Position numbers and translations under genes: made by a program. The notes beneath the pieces were generated by a model. It ran no database searches. It was given only the letters and a program-made list of their open reading frames with translations, and was not told where the DNA came from. From positions 226,982,001-227,046,000 of the forward strand of contig OZ024740.1 in NCBI GenBank assembly GCA_964016885.1: 64,000 nt of DNA, read 5' to 3'. Positions 27,653 through 41,394 of this stretch are shown piece after piece (within the stretch, counting starts at the first letter, position 1; each line of letters begins with the position of its first letter). The stretch is from Eledone cirrhosa. Lineage: Eukaryota.

Positions 27653-27765
27653 TACGAGGGTAGGCAGAAAAGTTCATAGGCTGACTATGAAGGAGTGATG
27701 TTTGTGCTGTGAAATCTTGCAAGCATTAATTTCAACTCTTCTTATTAATAACTGCATTGTTTCAT
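27653..27765. mobile_element. Tc1/mariner-type terminal fragment
   Basis: ta|cgagggtaggcagaaaagttc resembles a mariner TIR start with a TA target; no partner end found. Confidence 0.55.
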
Positions 27766-29842
27766 TTTAGAAATTATATTGAAAAATAAACCTCATTTGG
27801 TCATTCTATCTTATTCAATGCTGTAGTTGTTTAACCCTAGGTCAGCTGCCATTGAATAGACTTAAGTAACTAAGACAAAAATGGATGCGATAATTTTATT
27901 GGGATGTAACTTAACCCTTTCATTACCATATTTCTAACCATTTTGAAAATAATCAAAAATTTAGAGAGATTTAGTAATCTAACTAACTTTATCATTATTA
28001 AGCTGATGTTTGAAACATAACTTAACAAAGTTTCTTACATAAAATTATTACATAACTATTTTAAATAAATAGACTTTAAAATAGATAGCTTTGTATCAGG
28101 GATGGTTTCGGGGTTATGAATGGTACAACAGTGAATAATTTTCATATTTAAGATAAATGATATAACCACATATTACTTGTTATTGTGAAATCTAGACCAA
28201 TGTTCTGATGAAGACAGTTAAAATACTTGATAAAAATGTATTGAAGAACAGAACAAAAAAGTAGGTGAAGATCTAGATCTGATATAAAATATAAATTATA
28301 GTATGCTGCATTTCCTGAAAAGGATTCTATGAGATAAGGTGTTTTTTAATAAAATTTATTTTAAAATTTGTTATATATATTTTTTTAGGAATAAATTCTT
28401 TCTAGTACAGCTTTTATTTATCTTAACATTTTATAAAAAAATTAGTGTGGATTGTTTGAAAAATATAGGTATGGGTTCTACAATTTTAGGAAGATGGTAT
28501 GAGGATCCTGCAACAAAATAAGTATGTGAAATATAGGCCTATAGGATAGTTATTTAAGAAATCAATCAAAATTTAGATTTATCAAATCAATATATAACAA
28601 TCTAAATAATGTGAACTTCAATCATTTTGATTGTATTCATATGGGGAGGGGAGTAAATTAATTATCTGTAACAATACTTGAGAAACTTAGATCTGTATTT
28701 AATATGGTTCACTTTACACTGCTTTTTCTGAACAAAAACAGTTTTATTCAGAACAGAAATATATAGTTTTGATTGAGTGATTCAGCAATTGCTGTAATAT
28801 AGAGATTTGGTTGAATGGCTTTGCAATCTGTATTGTTTAAACATGAAATGAATGGAGGGAATGCATTGAAAGAATGGTTTTACACAGTTTTAAGACAAAA
28901 CATAAAATGTTTAATTGACTTGATCTGATATTATTTACATAGCTACCACATGAATGTAAATCCTTTGAAGTCCAGAGTTAACATAGACATATGAAATATT
29001 ACATGGAACAAGAAGGTTTGGCACAAGTGATAAATGAATATGGCCTGTAATTCTTAATGGGTCGTTGGATCACTACTAAAGGCTTTGTTATTATGTAGCC
29101 TGTCAAGGTAGTCAGTCAGCCTGGCTGCTTATAGCCAATTATTCTTCAAGCTATTGACTACAGCCTGAAATAAGTGAAGTGATATGTGTTAGCTGAGAGT
29201 CAAACATGCATTTTTGGCTCAAATTTGTAAGAACTTAACATCATCACTTTACAGTAGTTGTTGTTGTTTAGACTTAGGTCATTATTGCTTGATCAGACTT
29301 ATATAAACAAAGATATCCCAGTCCTCACCATCCCATCTTTACTCAGACATTGTGTAACAATACTACATCATCCAATGTGTTTTTTAAAAGGGTAGGGTGT
29401 GAGTAAGTGAAATTTAGTTGATGTCTCTAGGAGATCAAGCCACTGTGTAAAGGCCTTATTTATCAGCTTCTGCAGTAATGGTTGTTCAGCCCCAGGTCAG
29501 TTCTGCATAATCAAACATGCAGAATGCCATTCCAGCCATGACTACCCTGTTTTTTCTTGGTAAGGTGAGATTTCAGGTAAATTTGACTGCTTTTTCTAGC
29601 AGGTCGATAGACAACAGAGGAGCTTCCTTATTGGTTAATACACCAGCAACTTGGAGGAAGTGGAAAGTCAATTATATCCACCCCAGTACGTAACTGGTAC
29701 TTTATTTTATAGTCATCAGAAGCATGCATGGCAAAGTTGCTCTTGGTGGGATTTGAACGCAGAATATAGAAATTTGTAACTAAATAGCACAATGTATGTA
29801 TTTTGACCAGATACTGCCAAACCACCACTCTCACTTGTTTTT

Positions 29843-30067
29843 TTAACCCTTTTAGCATTTAAACCGCTGATCCAGCCATAATTCTCTCACCTCTTTCTGT
29901 TCAAACCGACTGAAACTGGGTGCTCATACTGATGTTAAGGTATTGTTCTCAAAATAAATATTATCAAAATCTCATAGATTCGATATTATGTGAAATAGTA
30001 TGTAAGATAAAGCCTTTACCATAAAAATACAATAGCATATAGAGTTATATAAATGCTAAAGGGTTAA
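29843..30067. mobile_element. piggyBac-like MITE
   Basis: ttaa|cccttttagcattta ... taaatgctaaaggg|ttaa; a second copy in the opposite orientation is at 47492-47715. Confidence 0.85.
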
Positions 30068-30884
30068 GTAACCAATCACCATCTATCTGACTACAAACTC
30101 ATGAGATTTCTGTTTATACAGGACGTACACAAACATCACCTGCATACACACACACCATGTGTGTGTGTGTGTGTGTGAGTATGTGTGTATATATATATAT
30201 ATACAATGAGCTATCTGAAGCTTCTGCTCCTCTTCCTCCTCCTCTTCTTCACACACTTATTCCTAGGAAGGTCGTGGTTCTTCATGTTGCATTTCTGAAT
30301 GTTCCTTCTACTGTTTTCACACACCCACACAGATAAGTCTTCTTCATCACAAACCATCCTTCTAAATAGATAGCATCATTGAAATTGGCTCTCTATCAGT
30401 CTAGACATCACTTTATTTGGCAAGTTAAAAGCTCTCAATAAATTTAAACAACATTATTCATTAATCATGATTAACAAAATTTGTAAAACAATTCCATTTA
30501 TTTATTTCAATAAAGTCAAGATCTGCTTTCCTCTATTCAAGCAAATTGTTGAGTTAATTGCTACAGAATTCATTAGAGGAGAGCTTTCACTTACAATATA
30601 ATGTACAAAATATGTAGAATTAGTGTACCGTCCCTGATTCTAGTTAAGTGGATGTGTTATATGTCAAACAATCTGTGTTCCTTTTAATCCATTCTGATTT
30701 TAGTGTTTGTTGGATGTAAATGTTACAATATTTGTTTGTTTTGAGTGTGTAAATTTGACATGGTCTTTGAGTACATCGTATTTTACTTAACCCTGTATTG
30801 ATTGTCAATCAATGGATTAAAATTTTCCTTGTTTATCATTTCTTTCTTTTTTCATATCTATATCTGTATATGTCAAACAAGAGA

Positions 30885-31410
30885 TCCACCATTTTGTTAC
30901 CATATGTCTAATGTAATACACTTCCTATATGCTTCAAATAATTTGAAAATATTTAAGGATCTACAAGGATTTAGTAAAATAACTAATTTTTCATTTTGAT
31001 CTAGTGTTTCAAACATAACTCAAAGGTACTTTTTAGATAAAATTATGATGGAAAGTACAAATAAAAATAAACAGTTTTGTATTGTAAAACCAGAGGTAGT
31101 TTCAGGTGGTTTGGTATCAAAATGTTAAAGACCAGCAAGAACAACATTAGCACAACCTTTTCCTTATGATATGTTTGCAGGAAAAACACTGCTTATGAGT
31201 TTCAAATGAATTTGAAAATAATTAAGAATTTTGTAGGATTTAGTAGATTAACTTGTTCATAAAGCTGTACATAGAGCATAGCTTAACAAAATTTTCTTAC
31301 ATAGAATTATAATGGAAGGTATAAATTTAGATATGAAAAGTTTGAAACAGAAGTTTATATCAAAAGACTAGGGGCAAATACAGGTGGTTTGGTAACACAA
31401 GAGTGAAGTA
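30885..31410. mobile_element. Two diverged copies of piggyBac-like MITE family C
   Basis: Shared motifs (ggatttagtaaaataact, tcttacatagaattat, caggtggtttggta) also occur at ~3275-3560, 7275-7690, 27911-28120 and 47341-47798. Confidence 0.6.
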
Positions 31411-32176
31411 TCCAATAACATTACAGTTCTATTCAAACAATAGTATTTTATTCATTTCAATACAAGTGATTACTGTCAGGTCTCAAATAATAGAGTGAGG
31501 TGGAATAAGTGAGGAGATGGGGGATAGGTAATGTTTCTAGGTTTTCACCATTGATTTGAGACCTCAATGCATCCTATTTATTTTATAACATATGGGATTT
31601 CTAGTAATGTACTTTTATTGTCATGTAGAATGTTTTTTTAATGTATAAAAAAAATTAATTATCACAGGAATGCTACCACTTAAAATAAAATTTTGCCAGG
31701 AATAGATTAGCAAAATTTAATAAGCAAGGTGGCGGGGATTGAAAACATTTGGAAAATTAATGGGGGAGAGGGGTGATTATTCGACAACCGAGAGTACATA
31801 ACGGTAATACTATAATCAATAATATTATGCTAAAGAAAAATATACTCCATTGTCTCTATTTGACCATCAACCACTTTACAGAGTAAAAGGATATATTTTA
31901 TTGTGACACCAACACTGCAGGATTTGCCTTGTCTAATGCAAAGCCAATGAGATATCTCCATTTTATATATTATATATATATTATATATATATATTATATA
32001 TATATATATATATGTATAATAAAGAGAAGAAAACACACGAGAGAGGGGGGGTGTTTTTTCGGCTACAGGGGATACAACTTGCATATGGAACTTATAAACT
32101 AAAAAAGATGAGGTAGATACATTATAATTAAAAAGATAAATTAAAATGAAACAACCCACCTTTATAACTATATATC

Positions 32177-32247
<71 letters not shown>

Positions 32248-32254
32248 ATATTTT

Positions 32255-32400
32255 GTATAGTTTCTATCTACCGAATTTAATCACAATTCATTGGTTGGTA
32301 TGAGGCAACAGATGAAGACATTTATACAAGGTGACACACAGTGGTATAGAACCCAAGAGCACGTAGTTATGATGTGAAATTCTTCACTACATATAACTAT
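32255..32400 (-). mobile_element. Diverged tRNA-SINE (third family)
   Basis: gtttctatctaccgaattt...gaagacatttatacaaggtgacacacagtgg...gaaccc; related pieces at ~14555-14660 and 59935-60200. Confidence 0.55.
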
Positions 32401-32402
32401 AG

Positions 32403-32437
<35 letters not shown>

Positions 32438-32466
32438 GTTATGTAATAAACAACATAAGGCAATTA

Positions 32467-32526
32467 TTCCATTTACCAGTGGTTTCTTAAAAGCAAAAAA
32501 TGTTGCTTTCAATCATCAGAATGAAA
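32467..32526 (-). ncRNA. Type I hammerhead ribozyme, intact core
   Basis: tttcatt-CTGATGA-ttgaaagcaa(catttt)ttgcttttaa-GAAA-cca(c)tgg-TA-aatggaa: 7-bp stem I, 10-bp stem II, short stem III, GUA cleavage triplet. Confidence 0.85.
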
Positions 32527-32868
32527 AAATCCTGGTCTATTTATTGATATTGGATTCTAAAAACAAAAATGCAATCTATATGAAAGTGAGGCTGGAGAAG
32601 GAAGAAGGAAAGGAAAAATAAAATAAAAAAATAAAAACACACATGCAAACACACACACACAATTATATACATACACACACACATATATATATATATATAC
32701 ATACACTCATACATACACACACACATATACACATATATATGTGTGTGTATATATATACACACACATACACATACATATACACATACATACATACACACAT
32801 AAGTATCAACATATCCATACATACACATACATATATACAACCACACACACACATATATACACACATAT

Positions 32869-32917
<49 letters not shown>

Positions 32918-33567
32918 TACGCATACACATACATAGCCATACACACATACATATACATACATACATGCACACAATCATACCTATATACACACGTACATAT
33001 ATACACATACATAAATGTATACATATGCATGTACAAAATTAGAAAAATATATATACACACACCTCTACATATTCACACTCGCAAATAAATATAAGAAAAA
33101 ATATATATAAAAAATAATAAACGAAAATAAAGACTGTTATAAGTTGACAGCGATACAGGCAACATATATATATATATATATATAATGTAGGAGGTGAGTT
33201 TTATTGTAGTGCAATAAAGCAATGCAGATATCGGATAAGAAGCACTCTACAATTTGTAGGACTGGAGTATACATAATATAAGATCAAAAGATTAATTTTC
33301 AAATTTTTTTAATTTATACATTATCTTCCAACGGTTTTCAACCTCTCTATGTAAAACAATATATCTCCTCTCAGTTATAAAAACTATCTCTTTCTCTCTA
33401 TCACCCATCTCTCCCTCTCATCTCCTCCCCTTTTTCATCCTCCCCCCCCCCTCTCTAAATAAAATATTTTTCCCAATATCACACATCAATCTAAAACCAC
33501 TTTTCATATGTTGATTTAAAACTGCACTATCCACAAGTGTTTTTTAGCCTTCATATCATGTTCTCCT

Positions 33568-33632
33568 GTTTTATCTGATGAAAACACAAATATTATTGCA
33601 TGATGATGTTTTTGAAATGCGCATAATAAAAT
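33568..33632 (+). ncRNA. Type I hammerhead ribozyme, near-intact
   Basis: gttttat-CTGATGA-aaaca...tgttttt-GAAA-tgcgca-TA-ataaaat: 6-7 bp stem I, palindromic stem III, AUA triplet, imperfect stem II. Confidence 0.65.
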
Positions 33633-33904
33633 ACATGGAACTCCTTTAACCATCTTTTGATCTTATATTATATATATATATATAGTATTTACGTATCGAG
33701 AAAGAGAGAAAAAGGAGGGATAGGTGATACATATAGTTATTTGCCAAGTAGCGTATGCCAAAGGTGCTCGATACTAGTGCCGGCATTATTAAATATTCGA
33801 AGTGTTAATATTTAGTGGGCTAGAGAGTTAGCAGAGCGTAAGCACGTGGGAAAGTAAAAAATCGGAGAATAGACCGTTAAAACATGTTTATTTAAAATAT
33901 CACC

Positions 33905-33939
<35 letters not shown>

Positions 33940-35022
33940 GCTAGCATGGAAAATAGATGTTAAACGATGATGATATATATATATTATAATATAAATAAAT
34001 ATATATACAAACAAATATATGTACATATATATACACATAAATGTGTATGTATGTATATGTGCATAGTGAAATATAGTATGTACATGCACATATAATATTT
34101 ATGTATCTTACATGCTATATGTATTATACAGTGACACACACACACATTATATATATGTGTGTGTGTGTGTGAATATGCATACAGACACATGCATGCACGT
34201 GTGCTTTATCATTATGCAAATAAGCTATGAAAAGCTGAAACCATATTTCATCTAAAGAAAATTGTGAACAGTACCTTTAAGTACGTTGTCTTGTTTATTT
34301 AATATACATGATGTAGGCTGACTCTGAAAAATAAATGTGGAGCCTTCTGCAAAGAAGTGTGAATTGAAGGAAAATCAATGTCTTTGACACTCAGATGGAA
34401 ATTGTCCATATTTGTAACCAAAGATGTCTTTGTATTAGAAAACTGGCGTCATTCCAATCAGTCTGTCTATGAAGGGCATCAGTACAAGCTGCTCAATTCA
34501 GTGCCAATAAAATAGAGAATTGAATCTTCTCAAACAGACAAATTCGGAACTGAATTCTGCAAGGAGTTGTATATTAGGTTCTGAAAACAGAATTTTGTAA
34601 AATTATCAAATAGATAGATAAATAAATATAAGTTAAAATAAAAATAAAAATATAAAGGTGAAAAAATTAGGTATTTAAAAAAAATTGTCTTCAATATGTA
34701 AGATCAAAATTGAAAAAAAGAAGACCAACAGCAACATAATTGAATTAAAATGCCAAAATGTATGTAAATAGGTTTTCTGTTAATAACATATGGCAAGTAA
34801 TTACAAATTATATTTTATTTTTGGTGGAATTTTCAATAAAATGAAGAAATTTTCCAGCCGTATTAATTAATATTCTAAATATTATATTGAAAAGAGAGGT
34901 ACTGTTTATAATATAAGTTGACATATTGCCCACCTTTAAGAAGAAAGAATATTGGTTCATATAATATAGTGGCAGTTTCTATGAGTATGATGCAGGAAAC
35001 ACTCAAGAGTATAATCAAATTA

Positions 35023-35080
<58 letters not shown>

Positions 35081-35091
35081 ATGTGTGTGTA

Positions 35092-35188
<97 letters not shown>

Positions 35189-35347
35189 ATATATATATAT
35201 ATATACACACACACATACACACACATATACATACATACATACATACATACATACATACATACATACATACATACATACATACATACACAAACTTACATAC
35301 ATAACATTAAAAGTTACAACAATGTGAAAGACATATACATACAAAAT

Positions 35348-35500
35348 ATGAAAGAGTACTTGTGGAATGTTCTAGTCAAGACCCCAATAAAATGCAAGCA
35401 TAACAGATCAGACATAATGATATGGAACAGGGAAAAGAAGGCATGCGAAGTAGTGGAAGTCAGCAGCCCAGCAGATGCCAATATAATATTAAAGATTCAG
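35348..35500 (+). mobile_element. RLE-type LINE (R4/NeSL-like) fragment
   Basis: [44 protein letters not shown] resembles the NRPD...IEVS.P endonuclease motif. Confidence 0.7.
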
Positions 35501-35573
35501 ATCTACTTTACAGTGTGGGCTGGGGTCTTTTTGTCATGACATCTGCATGACCACGTTACAGTAATATATATTA

Positions 35574-35610
<37 letters not shown>

Positions 35611-35701
35611 ATATGTATATAAAAGGTAAATAGAAATAATAAAGCAAACAGAGTACATGAAGAAATATATTAGTTTAATGCTTGAAATAGCAGGAAGAGA
35701 G

Positions 35702-35737
35702 TCTTAAAGTTTCAGACACTAGTCCTTCATCAGAAGA
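35702..35737 (-). ncRNA. Degenerate minimal hammerhead in a Penelope 3' region
   Basis: tctt-CTGATGA-a-ggac(tagt)gtct-GAAAC-ttt-aaga; one substitution away from the GAAACGTT minimal form. Confidence 0.55.
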
Positions 35738-36604
35738 TAGAGTTAGAAATAGAAAATAAATAGAAAGTAAAGAGTGATAAGAGGAAGGAACAGGAGAAAA
35801 TAAGGGGAAAAGAGGAGAAAAAAAACAACATTTGTGTGTATTCAGTTAGCCATCTTGGAAAGGGGCTGGTAAGGGGTATCTTACGCATTAGAGGTATATG
35901 TGAGGTGGACATGTATATATGTGTGCATGTGTGCATGAAGGTGTATTTGTATGTTTGAAGGAGGGCCATTGGTCCATGACAGGCAGGCTGCTGTGAAAGT
36001 GTGGATATGTGAGTGAGCATGCACACATGAACTGACCAATGTAAGGGGGTCTACAAGAATGTATATGAATTTCTACATATATGTACATACACAGTATACA
36101 TATACGTACATACATAGTTGCAGCCAAGAGAGGCTGTGTTGAAAAGAGGAGGTAGCAAATATCGTTGTGGCTTGTATATTTCATTACATGGTATGGTCGT
36201 AAGAGAAGCAGCTTGGCTTCAGATACGATGATACAGTAGTACAACCATGAATGACTAATCTACAAGGTGTGAAATCATCACATGGATAGAGCTGGGAAGT
36301 GGTGGGATGGAGTAAATATTAGGAAACATTCAACACCAACGGCACTGAGTGCCATGCGAACATAGATGAGCATGAAAGAGAAACAAGCACACATTGAATG
36401 TGTGCCAGGGGTGTGCGCGGACAAGCGCACAGACATGTGCATGCATCAGAAAGTGTAAGATTGATGGTTATATGTGGGCAGAAGTAGGTGTATGTGGAGT
36501 GGTATATACAGATGTTGTAAATGTGGCTGAATATTATGTGGTGGCTGGAGTTGTGTGTATATGTGCATGTGTTTGTGTGAGAGAGAGCATGAGTAAAGGG
36601 AGGT

Positions 36605-36845
36605 GATAAGAACTGTGGGGGGAATTGAGTCCATTCAGAAAAGTGGTTCCAAGGTGGAAAATTAAGTTCTGCTCGGACATGGTGTGAGTGGCTGTGGATT
36701 CGTGAGACAGTGAGGTGTTGAGCAAAGTGGTTGGAGAAACAGAGGTGACAATGACAGGAATGTATTTACCTAGACGTATGTCCTTTAGGTGTTCAGAAAA
36801 TCAGTCCGCCAGATGGCAGCCTGTCTGTCCGATGTAAATGGACCC
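36605..36845 (-). mobile_element. Penelope-like element GIY-YIG endonuclease fragment (pseudogenised)
   Basis: SIYIGQTGCHLAD*FSEHLKDIRLGKYIPV...EQNLIFHLGTTFLNGLN: YIGQT, RF.EH, EQ.LI..LGT..P.GLN motifs. Confidence 0.85.
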
Positions 36846-36987
36846 ATAGAGATAAATACATAGATAGATACATAGATAGCTACATAGATAGATAGATATA
36901 TTTCTTTATTTACCATAAAGGCATAAAAAGAAGGGACAAATACAAAGGGGGAGTTTACATACAATCGAGTAAAAAGGGTATAACTAC

Positions 36988-37041
<54 letters not shown>

Positions 37042-37434
37042 GTGTGTGATTGTGTGCATGAGTGTTTATTATGGTTTTATTGTTGTTTATTTTGTTTAAT
37101 GTGACATGTATTTGTTATTACCATTAGGTATTATTCTGAATATTTGAATATACATAGAGATCTGTTTGTAAAATTCATTAACAAATGATGCATTAATTAA
37201 TTTACCATCTATTCAAATATATAATTACAGAAATTCTGTTTTCATTATTAGGGTAATGTTTAATTATTCAAATTCTGAGATAAGGTTTAATTATTTTTAA
37301 GAAATGGCATTATAATGTATAGAGTGATATAAAATTAGACATATGTAATAAAAATGGATATTATGTTTTAAAATAGTTCAGATAATGTGAAGTAGATAGA
37401 ATAGAAATATATTTGACACCCACATTGAATATCA

Positions 37435-37682
37435 GCATCATCATCATTTTTACATCTGTTTTTCAATGCTTGTATGGGCTGGATGTGTCCTTCTCACTTT
37501 CTCAGTACTTGCCCCATTCCTTCATCATCTCCTCTGTGAGTCTCGGCGACTTGAGATCAGCTCTCACCACCTCTTCCCAGGCTTTTCTTTGTTTACCTCT
37601 ACTGCAGCTTCATACCACTGGGATTTCCTGGCACTTCTTCACCCAGTGATCATCATCCATCTGCATCATATGTCCATGTTTG
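37435..37682 (-). mobile_element. RTE 3' fragment (older subfamily)
   Basis: Similar to 45910-46170 (tcagctctcaccacctcttcccagg...cctggcacttcttcaccca). Confidence 0.8.
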
Positions 37683-38369
37683 GCAACCACTTGTTGTTGC
37701 TGTTGTTGTTTATCCCAGGTCAACCAAATAGCAGGCAATGAAATTGCAGAGCCATTATGGTGTTGGATTAAATGCCTCAGTGTTTAATCAAGTTCACTGC
37801 AAGCTGAGTTTAAATCCTGTAAAAGTCAACTTTGTCTTTTATCCTGTCAAGGTAAATAAATAAAGTGTCAGTGAAGTACTGAGGTCAGTTCATCCTTTCA
37901 TTTTCTCTCTTTAGCTAACTTTCATCTCTGGAAGAAATTGGCTGTGTTCCAGCCTGGAGAGGAATTGTCTCTGCTAGTTTTTCTTTAAAATGCCCAAGAC
38001 ACACTGTGTTAGGGCGATACTCTCCGTATGGCTTTATCAACAGTTGAGAGCACTTTCCTTTCCTTCCAACAAAATTGATGAAGGAGACCTATAATCAAAG
38101 ACTTCCCATCTGTGACAATCTCATCTTTTTGTATAATATTAATGTAGTCTCCCTTTGAAAATGAAATGTTAAGAATTTCAGGGAGATTTGGCTGCTGTTT
38201 CTATTAGGTTAAGTTAACACATAGAGGCTTTGATTTGGTTGTTTCTGGCAGTGTGATCTGCTTAGATGAATATTTTGGTTCATATCTAATGGTAAAGATT
38301 TGGTATTGTTGTTATTTAGCTATAAGTCAGTCTTAATCAAGTATGGCCATGATCTGTCTATATATATAT

Positions 38370-38640
38370 ATCATCATCTTCATTTAACGTCGATTTTCCA
38401 CGCTAGCATAGATTAGACGGGAGTTGTCCCACTTGAGGCAACGCTGGTCGGGTGACCGTGTCTCGCTCATATAGGACTATCTGGCAGGTTTTCTATGGCT
38501 GGATGCCCTTCCTAACACCAACCACGTTTACAGTGTGGACTGGGAACTGTTTACCGTGTTACCTATACGGCCACATTACAGCATGGACTGTGTGTGTTTT
38601 TTGTCATGACACCTACACAAACTCGACCTCATTTTCTTGT
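38370..38640 (-). mobile_element. RTE 3'UTR fragment
   Basis: Matches 6060-6315. Confidence 0.85.
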
Positions 38641-38659
38641 GCTGTTGGTGGGAGTGGGA

Positions 38660-38733
<74 letters not shown>

Positions 38734-39027
38734 TATACATGATGATGATACACACACACATGCGCGTGCATACATACATAATAGTACTCTGTCGGTTATG
38801 ATGATGAGTGTTCCAGTTGATATGATCATACATACATACTCAGAAGTCTGAAAAAGAGAGCATAATAAAAACAAACACAGAAAACATATGGTTAATATTT
38901 TACCTTTCCGTTTATATCTTGAAAAACCCAGTTTATTTCAGTGATCAGCTTGGAATGTAAAAAGTAAGCAACAAACCAGAAAATACTTCATTCCAATAAA
39001 ACATGTAATACTAAGACATTAAAAAAG

Positions 39028-39345
39028 CTTCTTCTTCTTCTTCTTCTTCTTCTTCTTCTTCTTCTTCCCCTCCGCCTTCATTTCTTCTTCTTTTTATTCT
39101 TCTTCTTTCTTCTTTCTTCTTTCTTCTTTCTTCTTTCTTCTTCTTCCCCCTCCTCCTTTTTCTTCTTCTTCTTCTTCCCCTCCTCCTCCTTCATTTCTTC
39201 TTCTTTTTTTTCTTTTTCTTCTTTTTCTCCTTTCTTCTTCTGCCTCCTCTTCCTTCTTTTCTTCTTCTTCTTCTTCTTCTTCTTCTTCTTCTTCTTCTTC
39301 TTCTTCTTCTTCTTCTTCTTCTTCTTCTCTCCCTCCTCCTCCTCC
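39028..39345. repeat. (CTT)n polypyrimidine tract
   Basis: Read directly from the sequence. Confidence 0.95.
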
Positions 39346-40069
39346 AATTATTTACATTGTTATTGCTGTTGCTGTCTTGCATGTGGGTCAGAATGGCATG
39401 GTGAGAGGTGAAGTGGTCACTGAAGCAACATGCTGTCATACAAGAAATGATTAATGTCTACTGAAGAAAACTGAGTCAGGGATTAAACAGAGGGGATATA
39501 TCTTTCTGGTGCCAATCACATATGGTTTTCTCTTGGGAAATCAGGTTCCTGTAGCAACAGTAAAATCCTGATTCCATCCCAGCTATTGGTTCTTGATTCT
39601 TCCTTGTTTCTCTTACCTTTTGCTGCTATCTATGCCATAAAGCCAAACCCCACCACCACCACTACCACCACGACCAAAAAAAAAAATTCATAAATAAGAA
39701 AGAGAGAAAATAACAAAAAAATATATATTCTCTGGTAAATCTTTTAGCTTCTGTAGAAATGAGCAGCAGATATCCTAGCTATGGCTGCAAGAGAATTTAC
39801 TTGTCATTTTGGCTGATAAACCAATAGATCTATTTCCTTAGATATAAGCCCTGGAACACACACATATATTCATATACACACCCACACAAACATAGATATA
39901 TATATATACACATATATACACACAAATATGATATATACACCCAGACACATACACATATATGGGTGAGGGTGTGAGTGTGTGTTTGTATGCACATTGACAC
40001 CTGCGTATAAGTATGCATACATATACACACACAAATATATATGAATATATATGCATATATGTATTTATT

Positions 40070-40105
<36 letters not shown>

Positions 40106-40157
40106 AGTATGGATACATATACACACACAAATATATATACATATATATGCATATATG

Positions 40158-40189
<32 letters not shown>

Positions 40190-40415
40190 ACGAAGGAATT
40201 GTGGTAAGGAACCAGATGGACCATAACGCACCAAAGTAGTCAATACATAGGGTAGTAGAGTGGGTAGTAGGAACAAGTAAGACCCCGACGGCAGAGCTCA
40301 AGCCGTTTCGACGGCTATTTCTGGACTAAAAAAAAAATGTTTTTTTTAATTCCAGAAATAGTCCAGAAATAGCCGTCAAAACGGCTTGAGCTCTGCCGTC
40401 GGGATCATACTTGTT

Positions 40416-40417
<2 letters not shown>
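40190..40417. repeat. Hairpin-bearing dispersed repeat (family P)
   Basis: cccgacggcagagctcaagccgtttcgacggctatttctggact / agtccagaaatagccgtcaaaacggcttgagctctgccgtcggg; relatives at 20185-20355, 41395-41590 and 43995-44115. Confidence 0.8.
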
Positions 40418-40479
<62 letters not shown>

Positions 40480-40801
40480 CATATATGTATATATATTTGT
40501 ATGTGTGTGTGTATATGTATCCATACTTATACACAGGCGTCAATGCAATGTGCATACAAATATATATAGAGAGATGCTTTGGTGAATAGGACCCGTCCAA
40601 CAAATAGGGAAAAGCGGCATAAAATGATGATGATGATGATGATGATGATGATATATATATTGATATGTATCAATATCATAAACATCATCATCATCTTTAT
40701 GATATGAATGTGTGTTTAAGTTCACAATGGTTTACTTATTAGTGTGTTATGTGTGTGTATATGAATGCATGTGTTCATATAGGTATTTATACACATGCAT
40801 A

Positions 40802-40837
<36 letters not shown>

Positions 40838-40859
40838 GAGAGAGAGAAATTATATATAT

Positions 40860-41345
40860 ATCATCATCATCATCATCATCATCAGATTTAGCGTCCGTGT
40901 TCCACGCTTGCATGGGTTTGGACGGGGTTTTTCCCACTTGAGGCAAGAGTGGTTGTCTTGCTCGCATAGGACTGTCTGGCGGGTTTTCTACAGCTGGATG
41001 CCCTTCCTAACACCAACCACATTTACAGTGTGGAGCTGGGAGGTTTTTACCGTGTTGCCTACACGGCCACATTACAGCGTGGACTGTCTGGCGGGTTTTC
41101 TACAGCTGGATGCCCTTCCTAACACCAACCACATTTACAGTGTGGGGCTGGGAGGTTTTTACCGTGTTGCCTACACGGCCACATTTACAGCGTGGACTGT
41201 GTGTTTTTTTATCGTGACACCTACACGATCTCATTTGTTTCGGCCTGGATGTTGTGGGACCAACATAACTTTACATTGAAAGGGGCGGTGTGGATGGGGT
41301 GGAGGTGGTGGGACGGGGGTGTGTTTTGATAGAGATGCCTACTGA

Positions 41346-41347
<2 letters not shown>
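40860..41347 (-). mobile_element. RTE 3'UTR with an internal ~110 bp tandem duplication
   Basis: Matches 6053-6415; ggactgtctggcgggttttctacagctgg...cagcgtggactgt is present twice. Confidence 0.9.
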
Positions 41348-41391
<44 letters not shown>

Positions 41392-41394
41392 AAA

